DNA of 24,000 bases from an uncultured Solirubrobacterales bacterium (GTDB taxonomy: Bacteria; Actinomycetota; Thermoleophilia; Solirubrobacterales; Solirubrobacteraceae), in assembly GCA_963819075.1 (NCBI GenBank), contig CAWFUP010000006.1, forward strand, positions 302,987-326,986, given 5' to 3'. Of the stretch, positions 1-7,715 are shown piece by piece (the first letter of the stretch is position 1; each line of letters starts with the position of its first letter). Under the pieces are notes generated by a model, which saw nothing but the letters and a program-made list of their open reading frames with translations, ran no database searches and had not been told where the DNA came from. The position numbers and the translations under genes are program-made.

Positions 1-1206
1 CACCGCCGGATGGGCGACGAGCGCCGACTCGACCTCGAAGGGCCCGATGCGGTAGCCGGCCGACATGATGACGTCGTCGTTGCGTCCCTCGAAGTAGAGG
101 TAGCCGTCGTCGTCGCGGCGCACGCGGTCGCCGGTGTGCCACGGGCCGCTCGGCGGCTCCTCGCCGAGATAGCGCAGGAAGAACGTCGGCACTGTAGTCG
201 GGTCAGCGATGAGCTCGCTGTCGATCACGTCCAGGGTCACGCCGGGGAGCGGGCGGCCCATCGAGCCGGGTCGCGCCGGCACGCCGAGCGGCATGGCCGT
301 CATCTGACCGGTCTCGGTCTGCCCGTACCCGTCGCGGATCTGCAGGCCGGTGACCTCCTCCCAGGCGCGGAGCACCTCGGGATTGAGCGCCTCGCCGGCG
401 GCCACCATCCCGCGTAGCGCCGGGAGTCGGCGCAGCTCGGCCCGCTTGGCGATTACGCGGTACTCGGTCGGGGCCATGCACAGGATGTTCACCCGCTCGC
501 GCGCGAGCAACTCGAGGCGCTCGTGCGCGTCGAAGCGCGCGTCGTGCAACAGGGCGGCGGCGCCGCGCAGCCAGGGGGCGATGAACACGTTGCGGGCCGA
601 CTTCGACCAGCCGCTCGCGGCGGTGCACCACACGACCTCGCCGGCTCGGGGGCCAAGCCAGTGCTCTGCCTGAACGCGCTGGCCGGCGAGGTAACGCTGG
701 CCGTGAAGCACGGCCTTCGGCTCGCCCGAGGTGCCGCTCGTGAACGTGATCAGGCACGGGTCGCTCGGTTGCAGCTCGGCGGCCGCGGCCGGCTCGCCCG
801 CGAACAGCGTCTCGTCGGGCACGAGCACGAGCGCGTCCTCGCTCAGGCCGGCGTTCGCGAGCTCCGTTGCGTTGCGCTGATCGGCGATGACGAGGCTCGG
901 GTCGGCGACGGTGAGGCGCAGGCGCAGGTCCTTCGCGCGCAGCTGCTCGCTGCACGGCAGCACGACGGCCCCGAGGCGAAAGCAGGCGCACATCGCCAGC
1001 ACCCATTCGGGACGGTTGCCGATGACCGTCATGACGACGTCGCCGCGGCGCACGCCGCGACGCGCGAGCGCCCCGGCGAGCCGGGCGCTTCGGCCGGCCA
1101 TCTCGCCGTAGGTGAAGCGGCGACGCTCGCCGTCGCGCGTCAGCTCGACGAGCGCGATTTCCGCCGCCGGAGCGGCATCGAGGACGTCGCGGGCAAAGTT
1201 GCTCAC
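1..1206 (-). CDS. Acyl-CoA synthetase (AMP-binding/ANL superfamily), C-terminus beyond the window
   Basis: Reading the minus strand from GTG at 1206 gives VSNFARDVLDAAPAAEIALVELTRDG..., with the AMP-binding signature TFTSGTSGEPKAVLHG, then DGYGQTETG and GYLYFEGRNDDVIMSAGYRIGPFEVESALVAHPAV. The supplied ORF track missed it because it has no upstream ATG and is truncated at the window edge. Confidence 0.9.
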   Translation of the reverse strand, partial: MSNFARDVLDAAPAAEIALVELTRDGERRRFTYGEMAGRSARLAGALARRGVRRGDVVMTVIGNRPEWVLAMCACFRLGAVVLPCSEQLRAKDLRLRLTVADPSLVIADQRNATELANAGLSEDALVLVPDETLFAGEPAAAAELQPSDPCLITFTSGTSGEPKAVLHGQRYLAGQRVQAEHWLGPRAGEVVWCTAASGWSKSARNVFIAPWLRGAAALLHDARFDAHERLELLARERVNILCMAPTEYRVIAKRAELRRLPALRGMVAAGEALNPEVLRAWEEVTGLQIRDGYGQTETGQMTAMPLGVPARPGSMGRPLPGVTLDVIDSELIADPTTVPTFFLRYLGEEPPSGPWHTGDRVRRDDDGYLYFEGRNDDVIMSAGYRIGPFEVESALVAHPAV

Positions 1207-1631
1207 AGGATCATCTGGGTGCACACAAAGATGGCCATGAGACGGTCCGGAGTGCCATCCGCGGGGCGGTGCACCCGAACCTCCCAGACCTGCGTGCGCG
1301 CGCCGGCGTGCAGCAGCTCGCCGACACCGATGAGCTCGTCCCCGGGGCGCCCCGCGCTCAGCACGTTCGTCTTCAGCTCGACCGTCGTGAAGCTGCGCTC
1401 GGGGGGGAGGTGGCGCATCGTGCCCCAGGCGGCGACGGTGTCGGCGAACGCGACCCAGCAGCCGCCATGCACGTAGCCGCCGGGATGCAGGTGGCGCTCA
1501 TCGACGAGCATCCGTCCCCGCACGGTCGCGTCGGTGATCTCGAGCAGCTCGATGCCGAGCGCGCCAGGGAAGGTGTCGGTGAGCGCCTGCGCGCTCGCGG
1601 CAACGGTGATCGCTGGGTTCGTGACGGACAC
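1203..1631 (-). CDS. PaaI-type hotdog-fold acyl-CoA thioesterase
   Basis: Protein ...FPGALGIELLEITDATVRGRMLVDERHLHPGGYVHGGCWVAFADTVAAWG... is typical of the hotdog thioesterase family. Start chosen at GTG 1631 (142 aa). Its TGA (1203-1205) overlaps the downstream GTG (1204-1206). Confidence 0.82.
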   Translation of the reverse strand: MSVTNPAITVAASAQALTDTFPGALGIELLEITDATVRGRMLVDERHLHPGGYVHGGCWVAFADTVAAWGTMRHLPPERSFTTVELKTNVLSAGRPGDELIGVGELLHAGARTQVWEVRVHRPADGTPDRLMAIFVCTQMIL

Positions 1632-1755
1632 AGCGTCGAGCAGTTTGCCATTTTCGCCGCGGGCGGCGATCGGTGGCGGCCGCGCCGGATGGCCGCCGGT
1701 ATCCTTCCTCGACCACTTCCGAGCGAGTACATCCGACCCTGGAGCACTGTCCAAC

Positions 1756-2967
1756 ATGGCCGTAGCCGCCCCGTACACCGAGTACACCGACGAACAGAAG
1801 GCGATCACCGAGATGGTGCGCCAGTTCGCCGACGAGCAGATCCTGCCCAACGCCGAGCACTACGACCACGAGGACGAATTCCCCGATCCGATCGTCGAGC
1901 AGATGAAGGAGCTCGGCCTGTTCGGCGTCACGATCCCCGAGGAGTACGGGGGTATGGGGCTCGACCTCACGACCTACGCGATGATCATCGAGGAGCTCTC
2001 GCGCGGGTGGATCTCGATCTCGGGCGTCGTGAACACGCACTTCATCGGGTCCTACCTGCTGATGAAGTTCGGCACCGACGAGCAGAAGCAGAAGTACCTC
2101 CCGCGCATGGCCACCGGCGAGATCCGCGCTGCGTTCTCGCTGTCCGAGCCCGAGCTCGGCTCCGACGTGCAGGCGATCAAGACGTCGGCCAAGAAGCTCG
2201 ACGACGGCGCGTACGAGATCAACGGCCAGAAGATGTGGGTGACGAACGGCCTGCGCTCCTCGCTCGTGTTCGTGCTCGTCAAGACCGATCCGAACGCCGA
2301 CCCGAGGCATAAGGGATTCACCTGCTTCATCGCCGAGAAGGAGGCCGGCGCGAGCGAGAACACCGGCGAATACAAGGGCCTGAACGTGCCGCCGCAGATC
2401 AAGAAGCTCGGCTACAAGGGCGTCGAGTCGACCGAGCTCGTGTTCGATGGCTACCGCTGCCCGGCCGAGAACATCCTCGGGGGCGAGGAGGCGGGCCTGA
2501 ACCGCGGCTTCGCGCAGATGATGGACGCGCTCGAGGTCGGCCGCGTCAACGTCGCCGCCCGTGGGGTCGGCATCGCCCAGCGCGCGCTCGAGCTGGCGCT
2601 GCGCTACTCGCAGGAGCGCAAGACGTTCGGCAAGCCGATCGCCGAGCATCAGGCGATCCAGTTCAAGCTCGCCGACATGGCTACGCAGGTCGAGGCCGCG
2701 CGGCTGCTGACGCTGCGCGCCGCGCGCCTGAAGGACGCGGGCGAGCGCTCGGATCTCGAGGCCGGGATGGCCAAGCTGTTCGCGTCGGAGGCCGGGCGCT
2801 TCTGCGTCGAGGAGTCCTTCCGCATCCATGGCGGCTACGGCTACTCCAAGGAGTACGAGATCGAGCGCCTGTACCGCGACGCGCCGCTGCTGCTCATCGG
2901 TGAGGGCACGTCGGAGATCCAGCGCATGGTCATCGGCCGCAAGCTACTGCAGCGCCACAAGATCTAG
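1756..2967 (+). CDS. Acyl-CoA dehydrogenase
   Basis: Starts MAVAAPYTEYTDEQKAITEMVRQFADEQI; contains EIRAAFSLSEPELGSDVQAI, KMWVTNGLRSS and IHGGYGYSKEYEIERLYRDAPLLLIGEGTSEIQRMVIGRKLL, conserved acyl-CoA dehydrogenase blocks. The track start at 1534 is too far upstream. Confidence 0.95.
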   Translation: MAVAAPYTEYTDEQKAITEMVRQFADEQILPNAEHYDHEDEFPDPIVEQMKELGLFGVTIPEEYGGMGLDLTTYAMIIEELSRGWISISGVVNTHFIGSYLLMKFGTDEQKQKYLPRMATGEIRAAFSLSEPELGSDVQAIKTSAKKLDDGAYEINGQKMWVTNGLRSSLVFVLVKTDPNADPRHKGFTCFIAEKEAGASENTGEYKGLNVPPQIKKLGYKGVESTELVFDGYRCPAENILGGEEAGLNRGFAQMMDALEVGRVNVAARGVGIAQRALELALRYSQERKTFGKPIAEHQAIQFKLADMATQVEAARLLTLRAARLKDAGERSDLEAGMAKLFASEAGRFCVEESFRIHGGYGYSKEYEIERLYRDAPLLLIGEGTSEIQRMVIGRKLLQRHKI

Positions 2968-2978
2968 GCGCTGCGGAG

Positions 2979-3359
2979 ATGAGCGGCGAGGACGCAAAGA
3001 CCCTGATCGAGACGGCGACGCGCAACTTCCTCGGCGAGGTTCCCGCGCTCGCCCCGATGAAGCTCGTCGTCGGCGTCGACCTGCGCGGGCGCGGTGACCT
3101 GCAGCAGTTTCGCCTCGAGCTGCCGGACATCACGGTGACGAAGGACACCGCGGCCGACGCCAAGGTCCGCGTCGAGATGCAGCGGGCGTTCTTCAACGTA
3201 ATGGCCGTCGATGGCAAGGTGCCCGACTGGATCGAGGCCTTCACGTACGGGCAGGCCAAGGCCACCGGCCCGTCGCAGATCCTGCGCCTGATCGTGAACG
3301 TCGTCGAGAAGCACGAGGAGCGACAGCGGCTGCGCCGGGCGAAGCCGCACCCGGCGTGA
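2979..3359 (+). CDS. SCP2/sterol-carrier-like small protein
   Basis: 126-aa ORF just downstream of the acyl-CoA dehydrogenase. The pattern AKVRVEMQRAFFNVMAVDGKVPDWIEAFTYGQAKATGPSQILRLI resembles SCP2-like domains. Confidence 0.55.
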   Translation: MSGEDAKTLIETATRNFLGEVPALAPMKLVVGVDLRGRGDLQQFRLELPDITVTKDTAADAKVRVEMQRAFFNVMAVDGKVPDWIEAFTYGQAKATGPSQILRLIVNVVEKHEERQRLRRAKPHPA

Positions 3360-3397
3360 CGCCCTTGGCCGCGTCGCGCGACGGGGCGCCGCGGCGC

Positions 3398-3487
3398 TCA
3401 GCGGTACGTCAGGATCTGCTGCGCAAGGAACGCGAGCGACAGCACCATGAAGATGACCATCGCGATGAGTGAGAAGTTCTCGTTCAT
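3398..3487 (-). CDS. 29-aa putative single-pass membrane peptide
   Basis: Minus-strand ATG 3487 to TGA 3398 reads MNENFSLIAMVIFMVLSLAFLAQQILTYR*. A purine-rich RBS-like AGAGG lies about 5 nt upstream of the ATG. Not in the supplied ORF track. Confidence 0.5.
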   Translation of the reverse strand: MNENFSLIAMVIFMVLSLAFLAQQILTYR

Positions 3488-3599
3488 GTCGTCCTCTCCG
3501 CGGCTCGAGCACCGCTAGGCGGCATCATCGCAGTTTCGCAGGCGCGGATTGCGATCCTGCGGTTGACGTCATGTTGAGCTCGCCGGCCATGCCGCCGGA

Positions 3600-4347
3600 T
3601 CAGGGCTGGCAGCGGGGGCACCAGTAGGTCGTGCGCCCGCCAACCTGGGCCCGCTCGAGCTCGTGCCCGCATCGCGGGCAGGTGCCATCGCGACCGCGCG
3701 CGGCGACGAACGCGCCGGTGTGCGCGCCGCCCTTGCGGATGGCCGAGCGGATCGCGGAGCGCGTCTCGCGGCGCAGGCGGTCGAGCTCCTCGGTGGACAG
3801 CTCGTTGACGGGGCGGCGGGGGTCGAGGCGGGCCTGCCACAGCGCCTGGTCGGCGAGCAGGTTGCCGACGCCGGCGAGCGCGGATTGGTCGAGCAGCCGT
3901 GCCTTGATCGGCGCGCGTCCGGCGCCGACCCGACGGCGGAAGTCCTCGCGGCCGATGTCGGCGGCGTCCGGGCCGACGTGCTCGTGGTCGGGGTTGAGCA
4001 CCGCCCGGCCGAGCCGGCGACGGTCGCGCAGGGCCAGTCGCGTACCGTCTTCGAACTCGACCGCGAAGCGGTCCCAGTGTGGTCGCTCGCCGGGGCCGTC
4101 GAGCACGATGCTGGCCGGCCATCCCGAGGTGCAGGCCGAGCGTCGGACCGTCGACGGTGTCCAGCCACAGGAACTTGCCTCGCCGGTGCGCGGCCGCCAC
4201 CTCGTGGCCGGTGAGCGCCGCGGCGATCTCGCCGGGGGCGTGGGGGCGGCTGACGTAGGTGTCGCGGTCGTCGACGGCGACGATGCGCTTGCCGACGACG
4301 CGCTCGAGGGTCTGGCGGGCGCGCTCGGCCTCGGGGAGCTCGGGCAC
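3600..4347 (-). CDS. fpg: Fpg/Nei-family DNA-formamidopyrimidine glycosylase, interrupted by an apparent frameshift near 4110-4120
   Basis: GTG start gives (M)PELPEAERARQTLERVVGKRI...GKFLWLDTVDGPTLGLHLGMAG. A +1 frame change then continues as IVLDGPGERPHWDRFAVEFEDGTRL...RLLDQSALAGVGNLLADQALWQARLDP...GRDGTCPRCGHELERAQVGGRTTYWCPRCQP*, including the C-terminal zinc finger. Length 748 nt = 3n+1. Confidence 0.85.
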
Positions 4348-4387
4348 CGCCTCAGCGTAGGACGGTGCCCGGAGCCGCCCGGGTGGG

Positions 4388-5155
4388 CTACGACCAGGCC
4401 GCCGGCTCTGCGTACATCAGCGAGCCCGGCGTGGTCAGCAGCTCGCCGGTCTCGAGGAGCGTCTTCAGGCCGGAGAGGATCATCGGCCAACCGCCGTACA
4501 GCTGAGCGTTGGCGCCCTCCCGCAACTGGTCGTGGGTGACGGTCAGCTGGCAGGAGTCGCCGATCGGCTCGATCTCCCACGTCACGCGCGAGGTGCCCTC
4601 GGCCTGGACGTCCTCGCCCCACAACGCGTCGAAGCTCTGCACGAGCCGGCGGGGCGGATCGACCTCGAGGTTCTCGCCGCCGAGGATCGCTCGCTCGCCG
4701 ACCAGGCCCTGATAGGCCGAACCGGTCGTCCAGTCGGAGTGCACCTGGACGCCGAAGTTGTACTTCGCGCGCATTTCCGGGTCGGTGATCGCCTCCCACA
4801 GCCGCTCGGGCGTGGTCTTGATGTAGATCTCGAACACCTTTTCCATCACGTCCTCCTCGATCGTCTTCTTGAGCCCGGTGAGGGTCGCGGCCCAGGGCTC
4901 GGCGTACTTGCTCACCCACCGGTCGTGGACGAGCCGGATAGGGACGACGTTGAGGAAATGCAGCTTCTCGCGGCCGCGCTTCTTGGTGACCACGAGACCT
5001 GCGTCCTCTAGCACCCTGAGGTGCTTCATGACCCCGAAACGGGTCATCGGCAGGCGCTCCTCGAGCGCCCTCAGCGTCTGCCCGTCCTCGCGGAAGAGCT
5101 CGTCGAGCAGGCTCCGCCGGGTGGGGTCGGCCAGCGCCTTGAACACGTCGTCCAT
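4388..5155 (-). CDS. ArsR-family HTH regulator fused to SRPBCC/AHSA1-like domain
   Basis: N-terminus MDDVFKALADPTRRSLLDELFREDGQTLRALEERLPMTRFGVMKHLRVLEDAGLVVTKKRGREKLHFLN is ArsR-type wHTH. C-terminal VFEIYIKTTPERLWEAITDPEMRAKYNFG... is an AHSA1/SRPBCC fold signature. Confidence 0.88.
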   Translation of the reverse strand: MDDVFKALADPTRRSLLDELFREDGQTLRALEERLPMTRFGVMKHLRVLEDAGLVVTKKRGREKLHFLNVVPIRLVHDRWVSKYAEPWAATLTGLKKTIEEDVMEKVFEIYIKTTPERLWEAITDPEMRAKYNFGVQVHSDWTTGSAYQGLVGERAILGGENLEVDPPRRLVQSFDALWGEDVQAEGTSRVTWEIEPIGDSCQLTVTHDQLREGANAQLYGGWPMILSGLKTLLETGELLTTPGSLMYAEPAAWS

Positions 5156-5192
5156 GGTCCCGAGCATACGTGACCAAATAGTCACATGTCAA
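5156..5192 (-). promoter_or_regulatory. Candidate sigma70-like leaderless promoter with operator palindrome in the spacer
   Basis: Minus strand reads TTGACA-N18-TATGCT-N7-ATG: -35 at 5187-5192, -10 at 5163-5168, start codon 5153-5155. The spacer contains the perfect inverted repeat GTGAC-N6-GTCAC (5170-5185). Confidence 0.68.
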
Positions 5193-5201
5193 GCGAAAGA
5201 A

Positions 5202-5229
5202 AACGCCGCACCCGAGCGGGCGCGGCGTT
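5202..5229 (-). terminator. Rho-independent terminator-like hairpin for the upstream ligase-ferredoxin operon
   Basis: AACGCCGC (5202-5209) pairs perfectly with GCGGCGTT (5222-5229), with an inner CCC-GAGC-GGG. On the minus strand the stem is followed by a U-rich TTTTCTTTCG. Located 28 nt beyond the stop of the ferredoxin-like gene. Confidence 0.8.
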
Positions 5230-5256
5230 CGCAGGAACCTCCGAGCCGGGTCGGCG

Positions 5257-5508
5257 TCAGGCCAGAACGGCGGCGTCGTCGTACAGCTTGATCACCTTGA
5301 CCTGCCCCGGCTCGGTCGCGTCGAGGCACAGGCGGCAGAGCACGCACTCGTCGAGGTTCTTGTCGACGAGGTCGAGGGTCCCGTCGTCCTTCTGGGCAAA
5401 GATGTCGACGGGGCAGGCCTCCGTGAGCCTCGCGGCGATCGCGGCGTCGCCGGCCGCGGCGGCGTCGACCTCGACGGCGATGAAGGTTCCGTCCTTGCGC
5501 AGGCTCAT
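5257..5508 (-). CDS. FixX-like small ferredoxin
   Basis: 83-aa protein with ACPVDIF...LDECVLCRLCLD. Cysteine order CP...CxxCxxC resembles FixX-type proteins. Its ATG (5506-5508) overlaps the TGA of the upstream gene (ATGA). Confidence 0.6.
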   Translation of the reverse strand: MSLRKDGTFIAVEVDAAAAGDAAIAARLTEACPVDIFAQKDDGTLDLVDKNLDECVLCRLCLDATEPGQVKVIKLYDDAAVLA

Positions 5509-6428
5509 GCCGGGCTCCTCTCGGCGATCTTGTCCTTGATGATGCCCGGGATCGCCGAGATCTCCTCGGCTACGGTGATGCCGGCCTCGGCGAGGCGCGC
5601 GATCTTCTCGGTCGCGGTGTCCTCCTTGCCCTCGACGATCGTGCCGGCATGGCCGAAGCTCATGCCGGGCATCTCGTCCATGAAGCGGCCGGCCATGAAG
5701 GCGACGATCGGCAGGCGCGAGTTGTTCTCGGTCACCCAGCGGGCGAGCTCGGCCTCCATGCGCCCGCCCGGCTCGGTGTAGATGACGATGCCCTGCGTCT
5801 GCTCGTCGGCCTCGAACTGCGGCATCAGCTCGGCGTAGGAGGAGCCGATGATCGCGTCACCGCCGATCGACACGGCGGTCGACTGGCCGAGGCCGGCCGC
5901 GGTGAGGGTCGAGGACATCTCAGTCGTCATGCCGCCCGAGCGGGAGATGACGCCGATCGGGCCGGGCGTGTAGGCCTTCGCGGCGTCCTTGGCGGGACCG
6001 CCGATGCCGCCCATCTTGATGACGTCGGGGACGATGATGCCGAGGCAGTTGGGGCCGATGATGCGCGCGCCGCGCAGCGTCGCGAGCTCGACCATCTGCG
6101 CCACGTCGGCGCGCGGGATGCGCTCGGTGACGATGACGATGAGCTTGACGCCGTTCTCGATCGCCTCGAACACCGCGTCCTTGGTGAAGGCGGGGGGGAC
6201 CGTGACGACGCTGCCGTCGATCGGACTGCCGTGATGCTCGACGGCCTGCCCGACGGTGTCGAACACCGGCACGCCGTGGACGTCGCGGCCGAGGCGCCCC
6301 GGAGTCACACCGCCGACGACCTTCGCGCCGGCGCCGTAGTCGAGGCACTCTCGCGTGAGATTGACTGCCTCGCGGCCCGTGATGCCCTGGACGATGAACG
6401 TCGTGTTCTCGTCGATGAGGATGCTCAT
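5505..6428 (-). CDS. sucD: ADP-forming succinate/malate-CoA ligase alpha subunit (SucD/MtkB family)
   Basis: MSILIDENTTFIVQGITGREAVNLTRECLDYGAGAKVVGGVTPGRLG..., ITERIPR-like IVTERIPRADVAQM, GARIIGPNCLGII, and active-site region MPGMSFGHAGTIVEG. The exact acid substrate cannot be resolved from sequence alone. Confidence 0.85.
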   Translation of the reverse strand: MSILIDENTTFIVQGITGREAVNLTRECLDYGAGAKVVGGVTPGRLGRDVHGVPVFDTVGQAVEHHGSPIDGSVVTVPPAFTKDAVFEAIENGVKLIVIVTERIPRADVAQMVELATLRGARIIGPNCLGIIVPDVIKMGGIGGPAKDAAKAYTPGPIGVISRSGGMTTEMSSTLTAAGLGQSTAVSIGGDAIIGSSYAELMPQFEADEQTQGIVIYTEPGGRMEAELARWVTENNSRLPIVAFMAGRFMDEMPGMSFGHAGTIVEGKEDTATEKIARLAEAGITVAEEISAIPGIIKDKIAERSPA

Positions 6429-7633
6429 ACCGGGGCTCCGATCTTCTCGACGGCGCGCCCCGCCGCCTCGTGCAGCGACACCGAGCGGTCTGCGTAGTCG
6501 ACGCCGTACTTGCGCAGGATCTTGAAGCCTTCTTCCTCCCAGGCGCCGGGGATGCGGAAGATCGCGATCTTCTCCGCCGGGTCGTAGCCGAGCTCGAGGC
6601 ACGCCTTGATGACGCCGCGCGCGACGATGTCCACGCGCGTGTTGGAGACGATCGACATCATCACGGCGATCTTGTCGACGCCCGGCTTTTGCAGGACGAG
6701 CTTGGCCAGGCCGCAGGCCTTGGCCACCGACGGATTGCCGCCGATCTCGCAGTAGTTGGCCGGCTTGCCGCCGTGGGCCCGGACGGCGTCGAACAGCGTG
6801 AGCGAGCCGCCGCCGGCACCGATGACCAGACCGAGGTTGCCGTCGAACTCGGTGACGTTCCCGGCCACGCCGCGGTGGTCCTGGGCATCGACCTCCTCGC
6901 CGGCGAGCTCGAACGGCGTCGCCTCGCGGGCCTGGCGGGTCTCCTCGGATCCGACTCCGAGGTCCTTGAGAAGCTTGGCCTGGCGGGGCCGGCCCTCGTT
7001 CTCCATCTCCATGTGTGCGTCGAGCGCCACGAAGCTGCCGTCCTGCAGCTCGCCGATCGGGTTGATCTCGGCGAGCGTCATGTCGTACTGGACGAACAGG
7101 CGCGCGAGTCGCGTCAGGATCGGGACGAGCTTGTTCAGGCGCGAGCCGGTCACGCCGGTCGCCGCGATCACCTGCTTGGCCTGGAAGTCCGAGAGCGGCA
7201 GGATGTTCGAGAAGTGGCCGCGCCCGACGTGGTCGGGGTGCGTGGCGGCGACCTCCTCGATGTCGATGCCGCCCATGTCGCTGAACAGCATCACCGGCTT
7301 CTTGCGGATGCCATCCCACACGACCCCGGCGTAGTACTCCTGCTTGACGTCGGCCTTCGGGTCGACGAGCACGCCACGCGGCATGTGCCCGTTGATCTCG
7401 AGCTTCAGGACGTTGGCGGCGTGCGCCTCGGCCTCCTCGGGCGTGTCGGCGAACTGCACACCGCCGGCCTTCATGCGGCCGCCGCTGAGGACCTGGGACT
7501 TGATGACCGTCGGCCCGCCGATGCGCCCGGCGATGCTGCGCGCCTCGCCAGCGTCGGTCGTGAAGCCGTAGTCGGTGACGGGGATGCCGGCGCGCTTGAC
7601 GATCTCGCGCGCCTCGTACTCGTAGAAGCGCAT
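6425..7633 (-). CDS. sucC: ADP-forming succinate/malate-CoA ligase beta subunit (SucC/MtkA family)
   Basis: MRFYEYEAREIVKRAGIPVTDYGF..., ATP-grasp domain features (LAEINPI), KPANYCEIGGNPS and C-terminal CoA-ligase domain. Stop overlaps the alpha-subunit start (ATGA at 6425-6428). Confidence 0.82.
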   Translation of the reverse strand: MRFYEYEAREIVKRAGIPVTDYGFTTDAGEARSIAGRIGGPTVIKSQVLSGGRMKAGGVQFADTPEEAEAHAANVLKLEINGHMPRGVLVDPKADVKQEYYAGVVWDGIRKKPVMLFSDMGGIDIEEVAATHPDHVGRGHFSNILPLSDFQAKQVIAATGVTGSRLNKLVPILTRLARLFVQYDMTLAEINPIGELQDGSFVALDAHMEMENEGRPRQAKLLKDLGVGSEETRQAREATPFELAGEEVDAQDHRGVAGNVTEFDGNLGLVIGAGGGSLTLFDAVRAHGGKPANYCEIGGNPSVAKACGLAKLVLQKPGVDKIAVMMSIVSNTRVDIVARGVIKACLELGYDPAEKIAIFRIPGAWEEEGFKILRKYGVDYADRSVSLHEAAGRAVEKIGAPV

Positions 7634-7715
7634 GGCTGGTGGGGTGCTCCCTGCTAGTGGGCTCGGCGGCCGGGAACCCTAGCGGGTGCGCGGCCGCGAC
7701 GATGAGCCGGCGTCG

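Noticed and set aside
1498-2829. Long minus-strand ORF antisense to acyl-CoA dehydrogenase (443 aa), and similar long shadow ORFs such as 6470-7657, 7686-8807, 18048-19052, 22614-23852
   Set aside because: High-GC DNA commonly gives long antisense open frames. Their compositions are atypical and the opposite strand encodes recognisable conserved enzymes.
4107-4122. Programmed frameshift in fpg
   Set aside because: No slippery sequence or stop-associated +1 site, and an extra C/G in a GGCCGGCC tract fits a sequencing/assembly indel or a mutation.
3600-5192. 530-aa minus-strand ORF in the track spanning the arsR-like and fpg region
   Set aside because: Only its last portion is real (Fpg C-terminal half). 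The N-terminal ~350 residues are an Arg/Ala-rich shadow frame of the ArsR-SRPBCC gene. It is explained by the frameshift in fpg.
5505-7319. 604-aa minus-strand ORF track entry appearing as one protein
   Set aside because: The N-terminal half is an out-of-frame reading of the beta-subunit gene (R/G/P-rich nonsense). The genuine alpha-subunit start is MSILI at 6428.
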